NCBI GenBank assembly: GCA_964270895.1
Contig: OZ185446.1
Length of the DNA stretch: 64,000 bases
Origin: Podarcis filfolensis
Taxonomy: Eukaryota
Strand: one strand, 5' to 3'
Below the pieces are notes generated by a model, which had not been told where the DNA came from, made no database searches, and saw nothing but the letters and a program-made list of their open reading frames with translations. Positions 36,231-49,704 of the stretch are shown one piece after another. Made by a program: the position numbers and the translations under genes. How positions within the stretch are numbered: position 1 is the stretch's first letter; each line of letters begins with the position of its first letter.

Positions 36231-38033
36231 GGATGGAAACAAGTGACCAAGAGCTAGGGATTCACAGTAAGCTATTAACTATGGTTTACCATTATATGAG
36301 AACAAGGCCAGTGAGACTTTTACATATATTAGTGTACTTGGCAACACACACATATTTTCCTGATTTTAGAAGAGATAAATATATATTTCCCAAATTATCA
36401 TACACCATCTTATGTTGGACTGTCAGATCTGTGCCAAGTAACAGAAGAGCACATTTTTATCATGCCACAGAAAGTATAATTTCTGACAATTTCCAGGGAC
36501 AGGATTTATCATGAGCCCTCTGCATGATAGTAAATGAACACGACCAGCTTGGTATGGGCAGGGAGTTGGATTTTAGGGGATCAGCCCTAAACTGGAAGGG
36601 ACCTAATCTCAGTGACAGAGCAGAAGCTTTGCACACAGAAGTTACCAGGATCAATACCTGGCTTATTCAGATGCAGTAATCAGGTAGCAGGTGATGGGGA
36701 AGAGACATCTGAGACCTCTGGGACCCCAAAGGGCTACTCCAAGTGGATTATTTTTCTTACAGTGAAGTGGTATATAAATTTTAATAAATAAATGTTCACT
36801 TGTCATTGTCAGTGAAGTTACCACAGCAGAAGTCATTTCTAATAAAAGTTAAAGGGCACACATAGACCTTTAATTCTTGTAAACTCTTTTGTTGATCCTG
36901 GAGTTTCCACTGAAAAACTGAGTCAACTAATTTGGGAAGGAACCTAACCAACTGTGCATGTAGGTTATGATCAGAAAGTCACACAGTTTTAAATAGTCAT
37001 TTTTAGCTTTATAATACAATTCTATAATTCCTAGAGAAGGTGGGGCTGCTGAAAAGAGAACAATAGGAAAAGAAAACAGATTTTGGTGTGCCCATGTTGT
37101 TGTAGGCATTCCCCATGTTTGTTTATGTAAGATATAAAATGAGTCATTATCATTTTATTTTATTTGAATCTTGTTAATCTAACCTCAGCAGAATGAAAAG
37201 ACTTCCTTTAAAATGGGATATATACATATATATATATATGTATATATAAGTGGTATATATATAAATATATAAATATATATATTTCTTGCCATGAAGTATT
37301 GGGTAGTTTGAACATATGTAGATGAAACTCTACAGATGAAACTTGGGTAATGACTCAAAGTATCTGTTGCTGTTTAATATTTCTGAGGAATTCCCCTCTC
37401 AGAATTATCATGATATATACTGGCTGTGTCAGCTTTAATGTATCCCAGACTAGCACATTTCTTCTCCAAGTGTTGTGTGAATGCATTTCCCTGTGCATGG
37501 GTTTTGTTTCTCTCAATCTTTCAAGCTAGACTTATAGTGTTAATGGGAGTTGTGGAAAGAGGGGGGAGGATTTTGCATCTTTATTCCCCCCCCCCTCCAC
37601 ATTTGATCTGGTAGTTTGCATACAGCTGCTGAGTAGACAGTTACCTTTGAAAGGAACATTTGGCTGGTTTAATTTGATTAGAGCAAGCCACCTCAATCAT
37701 TTCTTAACTAATAGTGCTTTCATTTTTGCCTGGCAGTAGGAGTTGGGAAAGTACTTACTGGTAATAAGATATTGGGGGAAATTACAGAAAGTGGCACAAA
37801 TGAACTAAATGATAGAACAGTTTAAGTGGAGTTTTTATTTTATTTTAAGTCTACACTAAACCCTGCTTTTTTAAAAAAAACTTTCAGAAAGCAGATTAAG
37901 TTAACAAATGTACTTTCTCTAGGGCAGGAGGGGAACCCCAGCAAATTAAGATCAGCTTGAAAGTTTCAACAAGAGCAGAGATATTTTGTAATGCTTCACT
38001 TCAAAATTTGAAATAAAAATTGTGGGAAGATAA

Positions 38034-38036
38034 ACA

Positions 38037-38089
<53 letters not shown>
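38034..38089. repeat. Compound microsatellite (AC)~10(AG)~18
   Basis: Read directly from the sequence. Confidence 0.95.
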
Positions 38090-38093
<4 letters not shown>

Positions 38094-41000
38094 AATTCAC
38101 ACTCTTTCCTACCTTTTTGTTGGATAGCCCAGTTGTCAAAGCACTGCATCAGAAATCTCACTTCAAAATTTACTTTTAAAAAGCAGAATTAAAAGGCAGT
38201 TTATTTTATTTTATCCCCATACATATGATTAACTATCAGAGTTATCAGAAAGAAGTTGCCTGATTTTATTTCCAAATGAAATGAACTTGGTGAACTGGAG
38301 GAGGAAGAGTTTGAGATTAAAGAAATTAATTATGGGAAATTAGGAAGAGCTATTTAAAAAAAAAAGTCAACAAAAGATGCAGAGGGTGGACATACTGCAC
38401 ATTTGTGATTAAAATGGTTTGTAATGTAGAAGTGATTTTAATACGTTTCAGAAAATTATCGCAGTTGCAAAAAAAGTAATTCTGTATTTGACGGCAAGGT
38501 TACAAAGTTGGGAGGGCAGCATTATTTCTGCTGTAGCCTTGTTAGAGACTTTATTGGATTTTTGGTCCGCCCAGGGCAGTGTAAATATGCAATATAAAAT
38601 CAGTTAAAACAATTTACAATTGGGATAACAGGGTGTTTCCTAAAAATCTGCCAAGTGTTAAAGGACAGGGTAAAGAGTTGCTTCTTCAGGATATTCAGAA
38701 CGACAAATTCATCATTGGAAGTTTCCTTATTTGACTCTATTTTACAAATTAAGTATTATCCTTTTTGTAGTTCAGTGCTTCCATAAGAAAAACAAATTAT
38801 TTTATCAGTTAACAATGCAAAATAAATTTTATTCTTTTCACATTCTTCCAAGCAATGCCAGTGATTCTGTGCAAAAGTTGTATTTTGATTACAGTACATA
38901 ATCAAAAGCTGCCATAGAATTTAATTTTTCTTGTGCATTAATAATGCTTCTGCAATTAGATATTCCCTCATTAGAAACCATGGTTTTGCTCCTACCCTTT
39001 GAGGCAACATTTCATCACTTCACTAAGCCATTGCTTTTTGAAACAAGCTGCAAATTAAGCGCTCACTTAAGATACAGTAAAACTTGCTTGCCACTGTCAG
39101 TCTTAAATAGGATGTAATGTTTATTGATAGCAATTGAAAAATGCCTTCCAAGTATGGAGGCTTTGCCTAGCTGCCTTATAGATGGTTGTGCCAGCCATAA
39201 CTCATCTGTGAATATCAAAAGCCCTTCAGTGCATACCTTGCCCCATTTTCTTCATTCTTCCAACTCTACCCCCTCAGTTACCTAAAAGTCTGCTGCCTCA
39301 CAGTTCAGTGAGACATGTCTACTCAGAAGTACGTCCCAGTTATTTCAGTGGGACTTACTTCCAGTTCCTGGTAAGTATGTATAGGACCGTAGTCTTAAAT
39401 GACCCCGCCCACTGTTCTTTGCAGGGGCTTATGCCTGGTTCCCAGAATTTCCCTGTAGTAGCAACTCTTTGTCCTCAAAACTCATCTTTCATAAAGAAGT
39501 CATAACTCCAGGAATCGCAGGCCGGGCAGGAAGGTTTCTCATTCTTCCCTTGAGACTCTCCCCAGTGAACTCAGCTGAACTTAACTTTTGAGTTGAAAAA
39601 TACAGAATTGCGCTGTGAATTCATCTTATCTGAAACTCAATATTTAAATATGTATGTACTGTATATTTTCTCTCAAAATGAGTATTTAAAAGTGTATTTT
39701 TATTAGTTTATAACTGCTGATAACATTTGGAGATGTATGAAATCTTTAGGATAGCTAATTTCTGATCCATGCATTAACTGGGAAGCGGGGTCGAGTCATT
39801 TCATATAAGAACTTGCAAAGAATGAATTCCTCAGACATCCCTCGATTCACAGTTTGTGCCAGGTCAATCAATTGAAGAAGACATCTGAGCAGAAAAGTAG
39901 ATGCGTGCTGTAATTATTATTGTTCATTGAATAGGTCCAGCTGCCTTCTAGGATAAAGTGTTGGCTATAGTGACATCTCACTAGGCATGCTTCTCCTTAA
40001 ACTATTAAAAAGAAAGAAAGAAATATACCTCCAGACAAAAATGATTAAGAAGGGTTGGCATGTCTGGGAAAGAGTGATGTACTGAAAAAGCAAGAAGGGA
40101 GGGATGGAAAGAACACATTATTGGGCGCTGTTTCCTTGATGCCTAACAATGAGACCTTTTACAGGGCTGGTGACATGGTGTGTTAATGAGGCACTGGCCT
40201 GTATAACTCTTGGGCACAAGCTGTGGAAGTGAAAATTAGTTTGGTGGTTTCAGCCTAGTCCCTACCAGACATTTGTCTCCATCCCCAAACCACGGTAGAA
40301 TTTGGCAGTCAGGACAATGACACCTCAAAAAAAGTCTAGGGCTAGAGGAATCAGTACTGTGGAGATGCCCAAAGGCAAAACTGTGTACTGAAAGATTGCC
40401 CAGGCTGACCTTACTGGGTTGGCCTTCATCCTGAGCCGTTTACTTCATTTTCAAAAGAACTCGCTTGTGTGCAAGCTGACATAGGAATAAAACAAAGAGT
40501 ATAATCTGTCCAGACCTCATCCTATGAACCCTCTGCTGCCCAATAAGATGCAATATAACAATTTCCTTGCTGGTGCAGTGCCATCACCTCTATATTACCT
40601 TGTTCACGCCTCCATGCATACCTATTGCGTTCTCATCATTTGATTACTCAGCAGTTGATGACTAGCAGCTGAATGTGTGAACGTGACACCACTGGGATAT
40701 GTTGACACTGGATGTTCTGAAACTCTTGTGTGGTAAATAGACGATGATGGTTTGTTCATGGGTGCAAGTCATTTCTTGGTTCTGCAGGTAGGGTGATGAA
40801 CATACATGGGAGAATTGGCTCAGAGCTGTTCTGCACATTACCAAGTTTCTGATACTGTTCTGTGTCAAGTGAGGTACTGCATGTTTAAATGGTCCACTAA
40901 ATCAACATCTTGCTGGCCATGCAAAAATAGCTCTACCCCAGACTTCTGATTTGCTTATATTCCATATGCAGGAAGATTGGGGTTTTGTTTGTTTGTTTGT

Positions 41001-41213
41001 TTGTTTACATAGGGGGTATTCAGACAAGCAGTCCCTCATCTACAGTCTGAAGTAGTGCAGTCTCAAAACCACTGTATGATGTGACTTACCCAGGATGTAC
41101 AGGTCAGTTTCCCCAGAATATTGTTTTAGCTCAGTGGCATGCAAATAGTTTTGTCTCAAAAACAGCCACCATTACCAAATGAAGTTTAAAAACAAGAGAG
41201 AGGAGGCCAGAAG

Positions 41214-41451
41214 CATCTGGTCAGGTGGGATGAAGCTGGTATGCTAGTTTCCTGGCAGGTAGATTGCTACTGCTTAATGGGAGGAAGAGGGGCAAGAAAG
41301 GTCAGCCTAGCGCAGACACACTGGCAGGAGTGCCAGACTGACTCTGCCAATGCATTTGCACTGCACCAACAGGCCCCCTACCTCTATCCCTCCCCGTAAG
41401 CAACAGCTGCCCACCTGCTAGTTGCCACAACTCTTCCTTACCTGCCTGATG
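41214..41451. repeat. Degenerate ~240-bp inverted repeat (probable old MITE)
   Basis: Left CATCTGGTCAGGTGGGA…GCAGGTAG…TGCTTAATGGGAGG pairs imperfectly with right CCTCCCCGTAAGCA…CCACCTGC…TTACCTGCCTGATG. Confidence 0.5.
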
Positions 41452-43486
41452 AATTGTTTCTGGAACAGACTGGGTGCATTTTTGCACAGAGCCTTTCTTT
41501 CCCTCCAGAGATCTTTAGACTCCTAAAAACTTGAGGCCACAGGTGATGCCTTATTGATAATGCTGATAATTCCTTGCCACTGCCAAGGAAATGGCAAACG
41601 GGCAGGTAGAAAGGGAGAGAGGAAGAGGGACTGCAGCTGGGAACCCGACATTTATCCTTGATGTTTCTCTTGCCTTTCTTAATTTTAATCGTTGTAAAGA
41701 ATGGAAACATACAATAGGTTGTATTTACTGCATTCAGTAGGCAAATCTTGTATTAATTTGGATGCATTTCTCTTTATTATACCTGCACATAATGTAGCCT
41801 TTTGAAGCAAGTTTTTCACATGTTCTGGCTTGTTACAAAGTTATAATAAGCAGAAAATGGGTGGGTAGGAGGGGGAACCCAGAAGTACCTCTGAGTAACT
41901 CATTATTGTTAACATAGTAGGCAACTGTTATGGAAACACATCTGTATGATTTTCACAGTGGATATAAAAAGGATACAGTTTGTAATAAAGAATTCTTACC
42001 CAAGCAAGAGGGTGTTTCTCATGGTGTTGTCTGCTTCTTCCAGAAATATTTGGCAGAGACATTTCTAGAAGTTGTTTTGTAGTATTAAGGCCTAACACAT
42101 GTTCTACTTAAAGGTGCTTAGTTTAGATAGCATTTGTGGCTGCAGTTGTAGATATTTATGCTCAATTAGGGGCAAACTTGTTCAGTTTACTGTCTTCAAA
42201 ATATTTCAAGATCTTCAGAATGTTCTTCTCACTATTGTTAATTCAGAGGTGCTGACACTGGGTATACCTACTACAGTTTTAAACAAGTTTTAAACCTGGT
42301 ATCTCCCGGAGAATCCTAGCAAGTGTACTTTGGACAGAGTGCTGTGCTAAATGATCCCTAGAACTATAGTTCCCTTGGGAGAGGGCATTCATGTTAATAC
42401 AGCTAAATCCATAATATAGTCTTAGGATTGTGTACACATAGCTTCTTTGCACACAAATTGTATACAATGATTGCACACACAGGTTGGCACTCCCATGGAT
42501 AACCATATTGTGTGAACTGGTTAACCATGGATATTGGCATGTAACAACTCCCACTAATGCAGCTGCTAGAAGTGCTTCTATGTCTATGGGAACAGTTGCT
42601 GGCTATATTTGTGATTGGCTAACCTACACCATATATTTGTCCTAGGGAATTAATGCCTGGGAGACAGACTGATGTGTTCCTAAAATGTGTTTTGTGAAGG
42701 AGCGAAACTTCAGGGTTTGTGTACATGTTGCCCTGTTGCTGTATGTAGAACCAACAACTCCATTTGTAATTAGGTAGCTACGCACTTATTTCTATGGAGA
42801 GGCTTGAAGTAATTGAGAACTCTATTTTGCTGTGGACAGATGCTGATGGCTAGTACTCTGGAGTAAATGAGAACAAAAGCCTAATGTGTGTATAATTCCA
42901 AAATGACAAGACCAAGCTTTAATTGTTTTACCTTCCAATCTACATCCTGGTTGGGATTAAGTACTTTGATTTAAATGAACTTGTTGAATTCTATGAGACT
43001 AACAACCTGGTGCACATTGTTCTCCATTGACCCACATTGTATTGCTGAGAAAGTGGGCATAGTGGTCAAGCTTAAACTGTATTAAAACAAATTATATAAT
43101 TTTATCTTGGTTGTGGAACACTAGGTAGCCCTACTGAGAGTCTTTGAGCTCCACATAAGCCCTTTGTCAAGAAAAAGATATTCAGAAGATCTGCAGGTGT
43201 GCATTCCTTTGTCTTGAACAGAGGGAGTTAGGATTTTGAATCTGTTACAATATTGTACACTGAATGCATGCGCTTGGGAAGTGGAGTCACACCTGCTACC
43301 CCTCCCCTCTCCTCCCCATTCAGCATCACTATTAAAAGAGCCTATTCATGTACAAACAAACTACCTGCATATGCTCTGTATAAATGCAATTAGAAACCAT
43401 GCTTTAGATATGCATATCTAAAGTCTTCTAGATGTTGTTCTGAATGTATGTAGAGAACACATGTAGGTACATATACAGAGGCATTA

Positions 43487-43648
43487 TGATGTGAATACCA
43501 GTTGGTGGGAATCACAGGTCGGCAGAGTGCTCTTGCACTCATGTCCAGCTTGCAGACTTCCCGCAGGCATCTGGTCAGCCACTGTGAGAGCAGGATGCTG
43601 GACTAGGTGGGCTGTTGACCTGATCCAGCAGGCTTACTTTACATTCTT
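43487..43648 (+). mobile_element. CR1 3' UTR fragment
   Basis: TGAATACCAGTTG…GGCATCTGGTCAGCCACTGTGAGAGCAGGATGCTGGACTAG…CTGATCCAGCAGGC; homologous to 22762-22975. Confidence 0.7.
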
Positions 43649-43708
43649 TGGTTTTTAAAACACCAATGGAAATGATCCTGCTCTCCCCCCCCCCTCCGAT
43701 TCAATGTA

Positions 43709-43959
43709 CAGTTGTACCTTGGAAGTCGAACGGAATCCGTTCCGGGAGTCCGTTTGACTTCCAAAATGTTCGAAAATCAAATTGCGGCTTCTGATTGGCT
43801 GCAGGAAGCTCCTGTAGCCAATCAGAATCCGCAGAAGCGCTGTCGGATGTTTGGGTTCCAAAAGAACGTTCGCAAACCGGAACAATCACTTCCGTGTTTG
43901 CGACGTTTGGGAGCCAAAACGTCTGAGTTCCAGGGAGTTCAGGATCCAAGGTACGACTG
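43709..43959. mobile_element. Tigger/pogo-type MITE (251 bp)
   Basis: TIR CAGTTGTACCTTGGA / TCCAAGGTACGACTG (14/15); TA TSD at 43707-43708 and 43960-43961; internal hairpin TTCTGATTGGCTGCAGGA/TCCTGTAGCCAATCAGAA; CpG-rich. Confidence 0.9.
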
Positions 43960-44189
43960 TACACAATTATAACAGTCCTCTTGTGCTCAGAACCTGACAG
44001 TTTGAATTGACAAACTTGTTCCAACAGATTCACATGTGGGTAGCTTTAAATGGTATTCCTAAGGCATGGCATTGAATTATTTGGATCTCAAAATATCAAG
44101 GCAGATACCCACATTTTGTTTAAAAAATATATTATACAGTTCAGTAAAAAAATAATAAAAAATAAAATAAAGCAAATAGCTGTAATGGG

Positions 44190-44305
44190 AAGTTTTTACT
44201 GTTTGATGTTTTACTGTGGTTTTATACTTTGTTGGAAGCTGCCCAGAGTAGCTGGGGCAACCCAGTCAGATAGGCTGCATACAAATTATTATTATTATTA
44301 TTAAT
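44190..44305 (+). mobile_element. L2 LINE extreme 3' end with (ATT)n tail
   Basis: GTTGGAAGCTGCCCAGAGTAGCTGGGGCAACCCAGTCAGATAGGCTGCATACAAATTATTATTATTATT. Confidence 0.7.
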
Positions 44306-45639
44306 CCCTGGATACCACTTGCTTGATATAATTAAATATTGATATGTATAATATTTGTGCTTTCAAAGTGTCTCATAGAATTTATGAAGAATTTGTGGTT
44401 GCCAACATTCTGCAACCTGGTAGCATGGCCTGTCTGGTGGTAACTTTCTCCAGGGCAGTTTTGGAATCCCAGTCATGAATTCCCTCCCCGCTGAATTGTG
44501 GCTGCTGCCACCTGCCCCCAATCACATTCTTTCCATAGGCAGTGAAAAACATATTTATTTCTCTGAGACTTTGCGGAAAGTGGCCCATTATTTATTTCTG
44601 ATGAATTGGATTAAAAATGTAACAAAACAAATAAATTAAAAGTCCCTCCTCACACTTTCCAGAAAGTAAAATAGATATATGGATTTCAAATAAGCTTTGG
44701 AACAACTCTTGAGTTCTACCCCATATTTGTTTGCTATGTGCATACAAATATACCAGGGAATTATCTCATGCAGATCTCATTGAAGTCCTGTTCCTTAGCA
44801 GTGCTCTCTGCACCAGAGAGGACCCTGGTGGATTGTGCCCTTGGATTTTTAGCCTGTCCTATGGACTCAGATTCTGCAGTGAGTACTCAAAATACGCAGT
44901 TTGACAGGGAGGTTGATCAGTCACTAAAAGAACCCAGCCACAGAAACTTGGCCAGAACAAATCATCCTCCACTTGCTTGCCATGGACATGGGTAGAATAA
45001 TAATATCAAGCCAAGTAACTTGACCAAGATGTTAAAACATATTGTAGTTTAATGTTACTTGTTAATTAAACTTATACCACTTTTCCAGTTGTGTATTTCC
45101 CAAGATAATTCTTCATGACAACATTATATGATGAAACAGAATGCACAACAAAAATAAATGAATGAAAACAGTAACAATGCCGCCAACCCCCAAATCACTA
45201 GCACTATACAGCCAGGAGCCAGAGGTGTAAAACCCTTTACAGCCAAGGGACCTGGCAGCCGTAAGCATTTGATTGACCTCTAGAAGAAATGTGCAGAATA
45301 TTGATGGTGTTCACATTCTACACAGAGGAATCTTTTTAAAAATACTGCATTAGGTGAAAGAGTAGCTTTGCCAATGTATTAAATACTTGGCAAAAAAAGG
45401 TGTTTAAAAATTAAGTAAATGTTGTTTAACAGAAACATACAGTTGGAAATATTTTCCAATGTTTATGTTCAGATCTCATACCTGCCTGGCTCCTCTATGT
45501 TTGTTTACTGTGATACATGATTTATATAAATATATTGCAAATTATTAACTCCTGACAAATTTCAGGGAATTTAAATAGTGACTTCAGCCCATAGTGGTCC
45601 TGCTATGCAAAGGCACTCCGTCCATGTTCCTTACCTAAC

Positions 45640-45810
45640 TGAATCTAAGAAGATCTCTGCAGGATCAGACAAAAGGCATGAGCACAGTAGCAGCCTCTTG
45701 CTCATGATCCCCAGCAAATAGTGTTCAGAGACATACTGCCTCTGATACCAGACATGACACATAGCCATCAGGACTCGAAAGTCATTCTTTCCTCCATGAA
45801 TTTGCCTATT
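45640..45810 (-). mobile_element. CR1 3' UTR fragment
   Basis: AAGAAGATCTCTGCAGGATCAGACAAAAGG…ACTGCCTCTGATAC…ATAGCCATCAGGACT…CCTCCATGAATTTG, antisense CR1 end. Confidence 0.55.
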
Positions 45811-47349
45811 CTTATTTTGATCCTTGAAAACGGGCGGTTTTACCTATGTAGGAAAACGCCACCACAAGTACACAACTGGAACCTGTCCTTGTGTCTGAGG
45901 AAGGTTTTTGTTGCATGAAAGACTGATAAAGAAATAACTTAAAATTGGCATATTTATACTACGGGCAAGGAACACAAGATTTTAAACTGTTCTAGGCCAC
46001 TTAGAATTTGTATAGATGTACAGATAGGGCGAGACAGAATGGGTCGGTACCTTTATTTCTCAGTGTGTGGGATTTTCTCTTTGCATGATGAGCCTACCAC
46101 TTCTCAGTTTCAAAGAGATGCCTAATGTATTAGAATTTTTAAAAAATGGATTTGGTAAAGACTGCGTAATTCATTTTTGTGACTGTAGTGGTAGACACAT
46201 ATGTACTTTTACTACACTAGTTTCCAAGGCCAGATAATACATAAGCCATGGCAGAGAAGATGCAAAGGACCTTTCACATGGTGATGGTCACTGAGTCATG
46301 TAAACAGTTTCATGCTGGAAGGGAGAGTTCATGCATGGATTGTTTCTGCTCCACCACAGTTCCATGAGTCCCCTCCTCCCAAACTACAGTGAATTCACAA
46401 GTAGCCATTTTGCGTGAGCAGCTACATTCACAGGTAATCTAGCTACTGCTACATCTAGACAGACATCTAGACAGACACGGACAAACCCAGTGTAATTGCA
46501 AGCCATTATTCTATACCAGTTCTTTTTCTGTACTTTTAAAATATACTTAGTGCAACTATGTTCCTGTCATGCATCAAGCTACCTGAGTTAGCTTCGCTGA
46601 AGACTAGCATCTCTCACTGGATTTGCTAGAAGATACCATGTTATAAAGCATCATCTGTACAATAAAAATATTACATTGCTTAAAAAAATTAACAGATATT
46701 TAAATTCACCCTTTAGTTATTTCTCTGGTGACTCTTTGTCTACTGCAAGGTAGAAGTACTTCAGAAACTCATCTTCCAATTTTCCTTTAACTTGAAAATG
46801 AATTTGGCTGAAGCTTGTAAGCTAGTGCAAGCCCCATTCAGCTCTGGGTTAATTGGGGCTTCTCTGCTTAGCCCAGGTAATCTCTGAAATGGCAGATCAG
46901 AATCTTAACTGAAAGATTACTGTGCTTCCACTTACAGGTTGGTTTGGCTCTTTGTTCTTTGGGATATTAATGCTTACCCAATTTGCAAACTTCCTTTGAT
47001 ATCTGAAGATGAAAAAGTTCTAGACAAAGGCAAAGCATTTTTCTTAACTATATTTTTCTTAACTGCATTGTGACCTGTCTGGTATTATAGAATACACAAC
47101 TTACTTACAAGGGGCAGATGGTATCTTCAAGAGAGAAATTAAAGTTGGTAGGAAGCAGTTGAAAATGGAGCCTAGAAAGAGTGCATGTCTAGGGCAGATT
47201 CAGCTGTGTAGTATGTACCGAGTTTGGAAAAGTAAATTGCTACTTTCACTGGATCTTCCCTTTCTCCATAGTTTATGCTTCTTGGAAAGGGTGGTGATGG
47301 GGGCAAACTGCTTGATACACCTCCCTTTCCCTTTGAACATACCGATAGC

Positions 47350-47725
47350 TGTACAGAGAAGCAAAGTGCTCAAGGACCTGGAGCAACAACTCCCCTATGA
47401 GGAAAGCCTACAGTATTTGGATGGGGGGAGAAATTAGTAAAGAGGGACATGATAAAAGTGCATAATATTATACATGATGTGGATAAAGTGGATGGATATA
47501 AGTTTTTCTCCTCTTTTAATACTATTATGTGGGGTCATCCAATGAAACTGAAATCTGGAAAATTCAGAACACACAAAAGTACTTCTTTACATAGCAGACA
47601 GTTAAACTATGTAATTGTCTCCTACAATATGTAGTGATGGCTGTTGTCTTGGATTGCGTTAAAATGGGATTAGACAAATTCAGGGAGGATAAGACTCAGT
47701 GGCTGCTAGTCGCAATGGCTGTATT
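47350..47725 (+). mobile_element. CR1 LINE ORF2 C-terminal fragment, degraded
   Basis: CTCCCCTATGAGGAAAG…GGGACATGATAAAAGTG…GGGGTCATCCAATGAAACTG…GGGATTAGACAAATTCAGGGAGGATAAG (LPYEE..L / GHPMKL motifs). Confidence 0.75.
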
Positions 47726-47728
47726 CAT

Positions 47729-48527
47729 CCAACTCTATTATTTTCATTGCCATGATCCTACACTTTGTCGAAGGGAAACTTCCCACCGGAGTAGAAATCA
47801 TATATCGAACAGATGGAAAGCTCTTTAATCTGAGTAGGCTGAAAGCAAAGAGTAAGGTCATAGAGCTTCAGTATGCTGATGATAATGTGTAAGCTTTCGC
47901 AGAATCTTACGAAAAGCTTGGCCTATCACTCAACATCCAAAACACCAAAGTGCTGCACCAACAAGCACAAAACAATCCCTCTGCAGCGCCACAAATCCAA
48001 CTCAATGGTGTAACATTGGAAAGTCAATCACTTCTCCTACCTCAGCAGTTATCTTTCCACAAGGGCCAACATTGATGCGAGTGCAGCTTTCTTCCTTGAC
48101 GTGCAGAAGGTTTGAGAACCAGAACATTCGCAGGGAAACCAAAATGCTTGTTTACAAAGCTATTGTACTACCAAGCTTACTGTATGTTTGTGAAACATGG
48201 ACCACTTATAAGCACCATCTTCAACTCCTTGAAAGATTTCAGTAACAGTGTCTCCAAAAAATGTTTACCTATAACTTGGGAATGCAGGGGAACTTGCCTG
48301 ATTATCATCTTCCAAAGCAACTACTCTATTCTGAACTTTAAAATGGAAAGTGTAATGCTGGTGGTCAACAAAAGAGGTTTAAAGACTCTCAAGGTAATTT
48401 GTGCTTCCACTGTGGAAGGACATGTAGATCCAGAATTGGCCTCCACAGTCACTTACAGACTCACTGTTAAGACCGTGTTCTTTGAAGACAATCTTACTCT
48501 GCTATGAGTGATCACCAAAGAAGAAGA
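47729..48527 (+). mobile_element. RTE-clade (non-BovB) LINE 3' portion with multiple internal deletions
   Basis: YRTDGKLFNLSRL…QYADD (47872-47883)…LGLSLNIQNTKVL…; C-terminal C2H2 finger CFHCGRTCRSRIGLHSHLQTHC* at 48402-48470; GAAGAAGA tail at ~48520-48527. Confidence 0.85.
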
Positions 48528-49107
48528 TTCTGCTTCCAGAATCAGTGGCCGTATGCCTCAGAATACCTCTTGCTAGATATCTGTGTGTTTGGTACCCAGA
48601 TTCAGCAGGATCTTTCTGCATGTCATGTTTCATAATAAATGAAAGTTATTTCAAAGGACTCCTTTGCAGTGTTCGAAACTCCCATTGTTCTAGGCGCATT
48701 TTGTGACCGGGAATATCATTAGTGTGAGCAGCTTCTAAGCTCTGGGCGCAGTACTGTGGCTAAGATTTCATATTAAAACTGCAGAGTTGAAGGATGAGAG
48801 GACCTTTTTCTGCCTTCCAACTTCCAGCTACTCCGAAGACTGGAGAAGAGACCCTCTTAAGAATATTAGGGGGTGGGCAGGGGAAGGACAAGACAATGTG
48901 AAAAATGAACATAATATTTTAGCTGCAGTTCATTCATTTTCAGCTTTGTATTATAAAAAAAAAATGCCTAGACATTTGGTTTTGTGCCCATAATCTAGGT
49001 TTAAGGTGCCATTTAGATCCTAGCTTTCATATCTCAGTTTCTAACACTAATCTTTTGCTGGTTTCCACTCATTTACTTAGCATTTATGTGTTTTTCCCCT
49101 TTCTTAG

Positions 49108-49243
49108 GTTGTTCGATGTATGCACAGCATCCCGAACAGACCGAGAGACGAAACTAACACTGGTGTTTGAACATGTTGATCAAGACTTGACCACTTATTT
49201 GAATAAAGTTCCAGAGCCTGGTGTGCCTAGCGAAACTATAAAG
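49108..49243 (+). CDS. CDK6: CDK6 second coding exon (aa 78-123)
   Basis: Acceptor TTTTTCCCCTTTCTTAG|G at 49107/49108; reads (R)[45 protein letters not shown]; 136 nt; donor AAG|GTATCA; phase-compatible with the previous exon; intron 28781-49107 is 20,327 bp. Confidence 0.98.
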
Positions 49244-49704
49244 GTATCAAAGAAGGGTAGGGGAGGTTTGTACATAATTTTATGGAATAATATGCTAAAG
49301 ACAAACATACAGCGGAAGCGTTTTCAGGACGACTTCTATCTGATTTAGAGGAGATTAAATTAATTACCTCTCTCTCAAATTCAGAGGCATTGGTTCTTAT
49401 ACAAATAATTTATAATTAATTATAAAAAATGCTCTTCATCATGGTTTCAGCTTTTGGGTTGAGAACAAGTGGTTTGAATAAACCAGTTTGCAGTGTTCAT
49501 CTAAAATCACAAACTACAGTTTGTTGTAAATCAGAATCAGAAGCTTCTAGTCATACCCCCATTTATCTAAAGGCTGGGTACATATGAGGAAAGGGGAGGA
49601 AAGTGTTTATGAGCCTGAGGCTTCCCATTGCTTGTGCTTGTACCAGCAAACCATGGTTCACAGCTGAACTGGGCCTCTGTATTTATTATCAGCCTCTAGT
49701 AAAG

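Noticed and set aside
37208-37282. AT-alternating tract as a cruciform or regulatory element
   Set aside because: Ordinary degenerate (TA)n low-complexity sequence with no further structure.
49055-49348. 97-aa ORF as a stand-alone gene
   Set aside because: It is CDK6 exon 49108-49243 read through its flanking intron; canonical splice sites bound the homologous part.
26560-49640. Recurrent AACCATGGTT palindrome (e.g. ~26567, 27381, 38976, 49630)
   Set aside because: Short and dispersed; most plausibly remnants of an old squamate DNA-element family, with no spacing pattern to support a function.
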